Source of the DNA: Candidatus Latescibacterota bacterium
Lineage (GTDB): Bacteria > Latescibacterota > UBA2968 > UBA8231
Assembly: GCA_965261395.1 (NCBI GenBank)
Contig: OZ253462.1
Location: forward strand, 6,144,001 to 6,208,000
Length of the DNA: 64,000 nt
Reading direction: 5' to 3'
Shown: positions 58,998 through 64,000 of the stretch, piece after piece
Layout: the number at the start of each line of letters is the position of its first letter
How positions within the stretch are numbered: position 1 is the first letter of the stretch
Program-made: the position numbers and the translations under genes
Notes under the pieces: model-generated
Database searches by the model: none
Seen by the model: the letters and a program-made list of their open reading frames with translations, nothing else
Told to the model about the DNA's origin: nothing

Positions 58998-60326
58998 ATG
59001 AAACGGATTACAACAAACTGGCTGCGGTGCTATGCAGTTCTCGTACTCATCGGAGCGAATTCGGCGGATGCCCAAACTGCACAGGCTATCGCCAAGAAGG
59101 CGTTCGGTTCCACTGTGCTGTTGGTCATGGAGGACGCAAACGGCCAGCCGCTCTCCCTTGGCAGCGGCTTTTTCGTAGGTGCCGGAGAGATCGCCAGCAA
59201 CCTGCATGTTGTCGAAGGTGCGGTGCGCGGGTACGCGAAGCTGATTGGTCAGAAGACAAAGCACGACCTTGAAGGCATCACAGCAGTTGATCCCAGACGA
59301 GATCTGGTAGTAATCAAGATCGCCGCCGCTGGCTCACCAGTCCTACCCCTTGGTAACAGCGACGCCGTGCAGGTTGGCGAACCTGTTTACGCTGTAGGTA
59401 ACCCACAGGGATTGGAGGGTACGTTTTCTCAAGGAGTCGTGAGCAGCATCCGCGAAGTTGGCACTGACAAGCTGCTCCAGATTACGGCTCCGATCTCTCC
59501 GGGTAGCAGCGGCGGTCCAGTGCTCAACGGTAAGGGTGAGGTCATCGGTGTTTCAGTGGCGACCTTCAGAGGTGGACAGAACCTGAACTTCGCTATCCCC
59601 TCAAACTATCTGAAGTTGCTGCTTGAGGAGGCAGGAGTTGCAAAGCCACTTGCACAAGCGAAACCCAGTAAGGTCGAGCATTCGATTTTAGCAGACCTCG
59701 GGGGCCGCAGCTCCGAAGGGGTCGTCGCCAGTCATTTTTTTTGGAGTGCCAGTGAGTTGAGTGGGTCTTATACGTTTTCTGTTCGCAATCAGCTACGTGA
59801 GCCGGTTAGGGATGTTGTCTGCTTAGTCATCTTCTTTGCGCACGACGACTTGCCAATAGAAACTGAGATGGTAACAATAAGCGGTCCAGTTGGAGGAAAT
59901 CTCGCCCGTCGGTCTCCGAGTTTGGGTCGCCTCTTCGCAGATGAGGTGCGGAATCTTACAGCGAAGACAGAGATACTAATTTTGGATTTTCGATTAAAGG
60001 AAGAGGTGGTTGAGGAAGTCGAGTTGGAAGAAGAGGAGGAGATCGTCGAGTTGTGGCGGGTGGAGAAGAAGCCCGTGCTCACCAAGAGAGTAGAGCCGGA
60101 GTATCCGGCTACCGCTCAGGAGGACAACATCACCGGCAAGGTGTTTGTCATGGTGCTAGTCGGCAAAGACGGCAAGGTCGAAGAGATCGGCAAGATCACG
60201 GGTCCCAAGGTTTTTCACGAGGTCGCCAAAGCCGCCGCTCTCCAGTGGGAGTTTACGCCGGCGATGCAAAACGACAGGCCCATCAAGGTCTGGGCCAGCC
60301 TGCCCTTCACCTTCAGGATGAATTGA
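58998..60326 (+). CDS. trypsin-like (S1C) serine protease fused to a TonB C-terminal domain
   Basis: LGSGFF, SNLHVV, RDL, ISPGSSGGP; C-terminal PEYP..A...ITGKVFV...WEFTPA...PFTFRMN. Confidence 0.85.
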   Translation: MKRITTNWLRCYAVLVLIGANSADAQTAQAIAKKAFGSTVLLVMEDANGQPLSLGSGFFVGAGEIASNLHVVEGAVRGYAKLIGQKTKHDLEGITAVDPRRDLVVIKIAAAGSPVLPLGNSDAVQVGEPVYAVGNPQGLEGTFSQGVVSSIREVGTDKLLQITAPISPGSSGGPVLNGKGEVIGVSVATFRGGQNLNFAIPSNYLKLLLEEAGVAKPLAQAKPSKVEHSILADLGGRSSEGVVASHFFWSASELSGSYTFSVRNQLREPVRDVVCLVIFFAHDDLPIETEMVTISGPVGGNLARRSPSLGRLFADEVRNLTAKTEILILDFRLKEEVVEEVELEEEEEIVELWRVEKKPVLTKRVEPEYPATAQEDNITGKVFVMVLVGKDGKVEEIGKITGPKVFHEVAKAAALQWEFTPAMQNDRPIKVWASLPFTFRMN

Positions 60327-60440
60327 CATAGATCCAATTATCGGCCCAAGAAAGTCGTCTATCTTCTGCATCATCTGTGTCTGGACAGAGGGTATGAACC
60401 GCCGACAATCTGTACCCCACAAGAACTGATGGAGGCCTGA
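60327..60440 (+). pseudogene. C-terminal relic of a PIN-domain toxin
   Basis: CLDRGYEPPTICTPQELMEA-stop is the typical tail of this PIN subfamily; the rest is missing. Confidence 0.6.
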
Positions 60441-60442
60441 AG

Positions 60443-60628
60443 ATGCGCGACCCGATCGTCGAGGAGACGAGGAAACTGCGCGAGGAGTACGCAGCGCAAT
60501 TTAACCATGACCCGAAGGCCATATTCGACGACATCCTCAAGTGCCAGAGCCGAGGGAGTAAGAAATTAGTGACCTTCCCGGCCCGTAAGCCGAAGTACAA
60601 GCCAACCATTGGTGCAAGACTCGCCTAG
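60443..60628 (+). CDS. small putative antitoxin partner of the PIN relic
   Basis: MRDPIVEETRKLREEYAAQFNHD motif; GGAGG RBS. Confidence 0.65.
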   Translation: MRDPIVEETRKLREEYAAQFNHDPKAIFDDILKCQSRGSKKLVTFPARKPKYKPTIGARLA

Positions 60629-60653
60629 ACCGAACCCGGAAGTTCGGGCGGCA

Positions 60654-62077
60654 CTAGGGTTTGTCCTTTAGCGTAGGTTTTTGCGCCTCGACCAGCCACT
60701 CGATAGCAGCGATCTGGCCTTGGCGGGTGTAATCGGCTGCTTCGCCGAGAATGCGGGCGGCCTCCTGCGGAGCGTGAAAGCCCATGGAATTTTCCGCGGC
60801 CACGAAATCGAGCCGCCACTGCGCCTTGCGCTGCAGGGCTAGGGCCGCTGCTAGGTCCTCGTCTTCGGCACCGGCCGCGCGGGCTGCGGCTATGGCGTCG
60901 AGTTGGTCCATGAGCGCGGCACCGGCTAGTTGCAGGAGGCCGAAATTGCGCTGCTGGATCGCGTCGGCTCGGGCGGCGAGTTCAGCCTCGGAGAAAGAGT
61001 GGCAGACCTGACAGGCGCGGTTGATGTTCAGCAGAGGGCTGCGCACCCAGTGATCGGAGATTTTGGCGGCTCCGTCGCGCATATAGGGCATGTGGCAGTC
61101 AGCGCAGGAGACGCCGCTACGCGCGTGGATGCCCTGGCTCCAGAGTTCAAATTCCGGGTGTTGCGCCTTGAGGACTTTCGCGCCCGTCTCTTGGTGGACG
61201 TAGTCGTAAAACTCGCTCCCATCGTCTAGGGTCATGGCATCCCAAAACGCTTCCATTTCCTCTACCTTAAGCCCGTTGCCCCAGGGAAAAGTCAGTTTCG
61301 CCCCGCTGCCGCAGTAGTATTCGACGTGGCACTGGCCGCAGGTGAACGAGCGCATCTCGTTGCGGCTCGCGCTCGCGTTGGGGTCGTAGGGGTGGTCGCG
61401 GCTTCCCCGCCGCCAGCGTTCTAGCGACGGCAGGTGCGGGACCGGGGCGTCGGACGCGGCCAGCATTTGGATGCCTTGGATAAACCCGGGCCGGGTGATG
61501 CGCAGTTGCATGGTCGCCGGGTCGTGGCAATCGACGCACGATACCGGATGGGCGTGTCCGGTGTCGTGCAACATCTGGTTTAGCTCGCGATAGGAATAGG
61601 CGTAGGATTGCTCAAAGCCCGCAGTGGCGTCGCCGTCGCCGAGCTGCCGATAGAGGGGCATGATGGAGGCGTGGCAGTGCAGGCAGGAGCCGGACTGGGG
61701 CTTGGATTGTCGCTCGGTTTGCTCTTGGTCGTAGAGCATGTAGGCGTGGCCGCGCCGGTCGCGGTAGTCGATTGAGAAGGCGTACCCGAGGAACATCCGC
61801 CGAAGCCAGGGGTCGCGTTCGATCTTCTGCGCGGGCAGGGCCTCGCTGCCGCCGTGGCCGCCGAAGCGCGTGCGAGTCGCCTCAGCCGTGCGCTTATAGC
61901 TGTCGTATTGCCGCGGCCAGTTGATGCCCCAATGGGCCGGGTCGGTGTCGTCTTCCCCGACCGCGACGAGGCGCACCGGGCCGCGCCGCGCTTCGGCCTT
62001 GCGTTCGTATATGTTGACCAACAGTCCGGTGACAAGTGCGCTGGCCAAAGCCACTAAGGCCAAAAGGACGATGGCTT
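60654..62077 (-). CDS. nrfA: ammonia-forming cytochrome c552 nitrite reductase, CXXCH-type; native start probably deleted
   Basis: Five heme motifs CLHCH, CVDCH, CGQCH, CADCH, CQVCH; [29 protein letters not shown]. Confidence 0.9.
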
Positions 62078-62242
62078 TTAGGAATCTAGCTGGGGCCGCA
62101 TGATGTGGCAGTTGGCACACGCATCCGGATTCGTGCTGAAATAGGACAGCCCCTCTCCGTAGTGGAAGGTAAAGGCACTCACCCCGATTAGGGCAGCTAG
62201 CCCCAACAGGCCGAGGCGCAGATAGGGACTTGTTGGACGCAT
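62078..62242 (-). pseudogene. nrfH: truncated cytochrome c nitrite reductase small subunit
   Basis: Not in the ORF track: [54 protein letters not shown]-stop; only one of the expected four heme motifs. Confidence 0.85.
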
Positions 62243-62330
62243 GGATGCTTTTTCTACCGCCTTGTAGGTCGTTTGCCGAGTCGGTATCTTGGGCGATTAA
62301 AAATAACACATGGATGGACAGGATGGACAA

Positions 62331-63917
62331 ATGCGCTGGGTTTTTGCGCTGCTGATTGGCCTGTGGGCAGGGCGCGCGACCGCTCAACCTCGGTACGTGG
62401 ATGTGGCCGCGGCGGCTGGCATTGAATTCGAGCACCGCAACGGGGCTAGGGGACAGAAGCAATTGCCCGAGACGATGGGGTCAGGTGTGGCCTTTTTTGA
62501 CTATGACGACGACGGTTGGCTCGACCTGTATTGGGTCAATGTCGCCGCCCCGGCCGCACTCTACCACAACGAAGGAAATGGCCGTTTTGCCGAGCGGACG
62601 CAAGCTGCTGGCGTGGAAAATTCCGGGTGCGGCATGGGCGCGGTGGCCGCTGACTACGACAACGACGGCGATGCAGACCTGTACATCACCTGCTACGGCG
62701 CGAACATCTTCTACCGCAACCAAGGCGATGGCCGCTTTGCCGATGTCACGGCCACAGCCGGCGTGGGCGACGAGGGCTTCGGCACGGGCGCGGCCTTCGG
62801 CGACTGGGATCTCGACGGCGACTTGGATTTGTATGTGGCCAATTATCTAGACTTCCGCGCCGACCCGGAGCGCGCCTGTTTCCGCCAAGATAGCGTCCGG
62901 GTCTATTGCGCGCCGTGGACCTATGCGCCCGAAGCGGATGCTTTCTACCGCAACGACGGCGGCCGCTTCGCCGAGGTCGGCGCGGAAGTGGGCTTTGCTG
63001 CGGGCCGGGCGCGGGAACTGGGCGCGGCTTTTGCCGATTGGGATCTCGACGGCGACTTGGACCTGTTCGCCGCGGGCGATGGCACGCCCAATTTGCTCTA
63101 CCAGAATGAGGGCGGCCATTTCGCGGAAGTGGGTTTGCTCGCCGGGGTTTCCCACAATAGGCAGGGTCAATCCGAAGCCGGCATGGGCGTGGCCGCGGGC
63201 GACTACGACAACGACGGGGCCTTTGATTTTTTCGTGACCAATTTTTACTTGGAGACCAATACTTTGTACCACAACGAGGGCGAGGGGTTTTTCCGCGACC
63301 GGACGACGGACGCCAAATTGGGCAAGCCCTCGCTGGCGTACCTGTCTTGGGGCACGGCTTTTTTCGACTGGGATCTCGATGGCGACGAGGATCTCTTTGT
63401 GGCCAATGGCCACATCGACGACAACGTAGAACTGTTCGCCGAGACCACGTACGCACAGCCCAATCAGTTGTTCAGAAACGACGGTGCTGCTGGGTTTGCC
63501 GAGGTCAGCACCGCGGCCGGGCTTGGTGCTGTGCAGTCAAGCCGAGGGGTGGCCTTGGGCGATTGCGACAACGATGGCGACCTCGATATTGCGGTGGCCC
63601 ACATCAATGCGCGTCCCTCGCTCCTGCGCAACGACATGGGCGGCGCGCGCAACTACTTGGCCGTTCGCACGGTAGGCGTGGAGAGCAACCGCGACGGTGT
63701 TGGCGCTCGCATCCGCGTGCGCACCGGGCCTCGGGTGCAAGTGCGGGAGGTGCGTCGCGGCGGCAGCTATCTGTCGAGCCACGACCCGCGCGTCTTTTTT
63801 GGCCTCGGTGCCAGCACGCAGGCCGACGAAGTGGAGATTCGCTGGCCCAGCGGCAAGGTGCAGCGGTTCGAGGGAGTGCTGGCTGGACAAGTGTTGATCG
63901 CGGAGGAACCGCGATGA
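62331..63917 (+). CDS. CRTAC1 family protein (FG-GAP repeats plus ASPIC/UnbV)
   Basis: Repeated DYDNDGDxDL; [26 protein letters not shown]. Confidence 0.93.
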   Translation: MRWVFALLIGLWAGRATAQPRYVDVAAAAGIEFEHRNGARGQKQLPETMGSGVAFFDYDDDGWLDLYWVNVAAPAALYHNEGNGRFAERTQAAGVENSGCGMGAVAADYDNDGDADLYITCYGANIFYRNQGDGRFADVTATAGVGDEGFGTGAAFGDWDLDGDLDLYVANYLDFRADPERACFRQDSVRVYCAPWTYAPEADAFYRNDGGRFAEVGAEVGFAAGRARELGAAFADWDLDGDLDLFAAGDGTPNLLYQNEGGHFAEVGLLAGVSHNRQGQSEAGMGVAAGDYDNDGAFDFFVTNFYLETNTLYHNEGEGFFRDRTTDAKLGKPSLAYLSWGTAFFDWDLDGDEDLFVANGHIDDNVELFAETTYAQPNQLFRNDGAAGFAEVSTAAGLGAVQSSRGVALGDCDNDGDLDIAVAHINARPSLLRNDMGGARNYLAVRTVGVESNRDGVGARIRVRTGPRVQVREVRRGGSYLSSHDPRVFFGLGASTQADEVEIRWPSGKVQRFEGVLAGQVLIAEEPR

Positions 63918-64000
63918 TTAGGGCCTCGTGTCTAGCGCTGCTGCTCATCGGCTGCCAAGAGCCGGAGCCGCCCTCGGCTACCGGGCGCGCGTATTTCCAG
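63914..64000 (+). CDS. start of a lipoprotein (partial)
   Basis: ATGA-coupled; [18 protein letters not shown] lipobox; runs off the window. Confidence 0.55.
   Translation, partial: MIRASCLALLLIGCQEPEPPSATGRAYFQ

Noticed and set aside
47560-60630. Integron cassette array
   Set aside because: No integrase and no recurring attC-like RYYYAAC...GTTRRRY sites were recognised between genes.
62078-62462. Long N-terminal extension of the 602-aa NrfA ORF
   Set aside because: It is out-of-frame nrfH remnant plus the antisense of the CRTAC1 start, not a real domain.

Overview
GC-rich bacterial window. The gene content (FlgD-Ig/discoidin surface proteins, a TWGxIK-tailed secreted protein, CRTAC1/ASPIC-UnbV proteins, many ECF sigma factors) suggests a Latescibacterota/Poribacteria-like, possibly host-associated organism; this is inference only. 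Layout: (1-5.9 kb) a nest of IS5/IS630 elements breaking an N6-adenine methyltransferase gene; (5.9-9.7 kb) a TA module, crotonase and pRiA4b-ORF3 gene with MITEs and short duplicated anchors; (9.7-14.6 kb) an IS-interrupted ABC exporter downstream of an ECF sigma factor fused to a two-domain beta-sliding-clamp module; (14.7-19.6 kb) a decaying MpaB/MMPL/LolA-like/OMP operon; (21.9-32.7 kb) a surface-protein operon; (33-40 kb) a DUF4956/SdiA-regulated/metallophosphoesterase/Omp85 cluster; (40-47.5 kb) periplasmic enzymes and an ECF/anti-sigma unit; (47.6-60.6 kb) a type I R-M defence island with an inverted-repeat-flanked GxxExxY cassette and TA relics; (60.6-64 kb) a deleted nrfH with a CXXCH-type nrfA, then CRTAC1 genes. 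Best candidate for an undescribed system: the ECF-sigma/beta-clamp fusion. It keeps the clamp peptide-binding-pocket motifs and carries a clamp-binding-motif-like QLNLL in its own sigma2-sigma4 linker, suggesting an autoinhibited one-component sensor for clamp ligands that controls the adjacent exporter. No rRNA, tRNA or CRISPR array was seen. All family calls come from motif recognition by eye; no database search was run.
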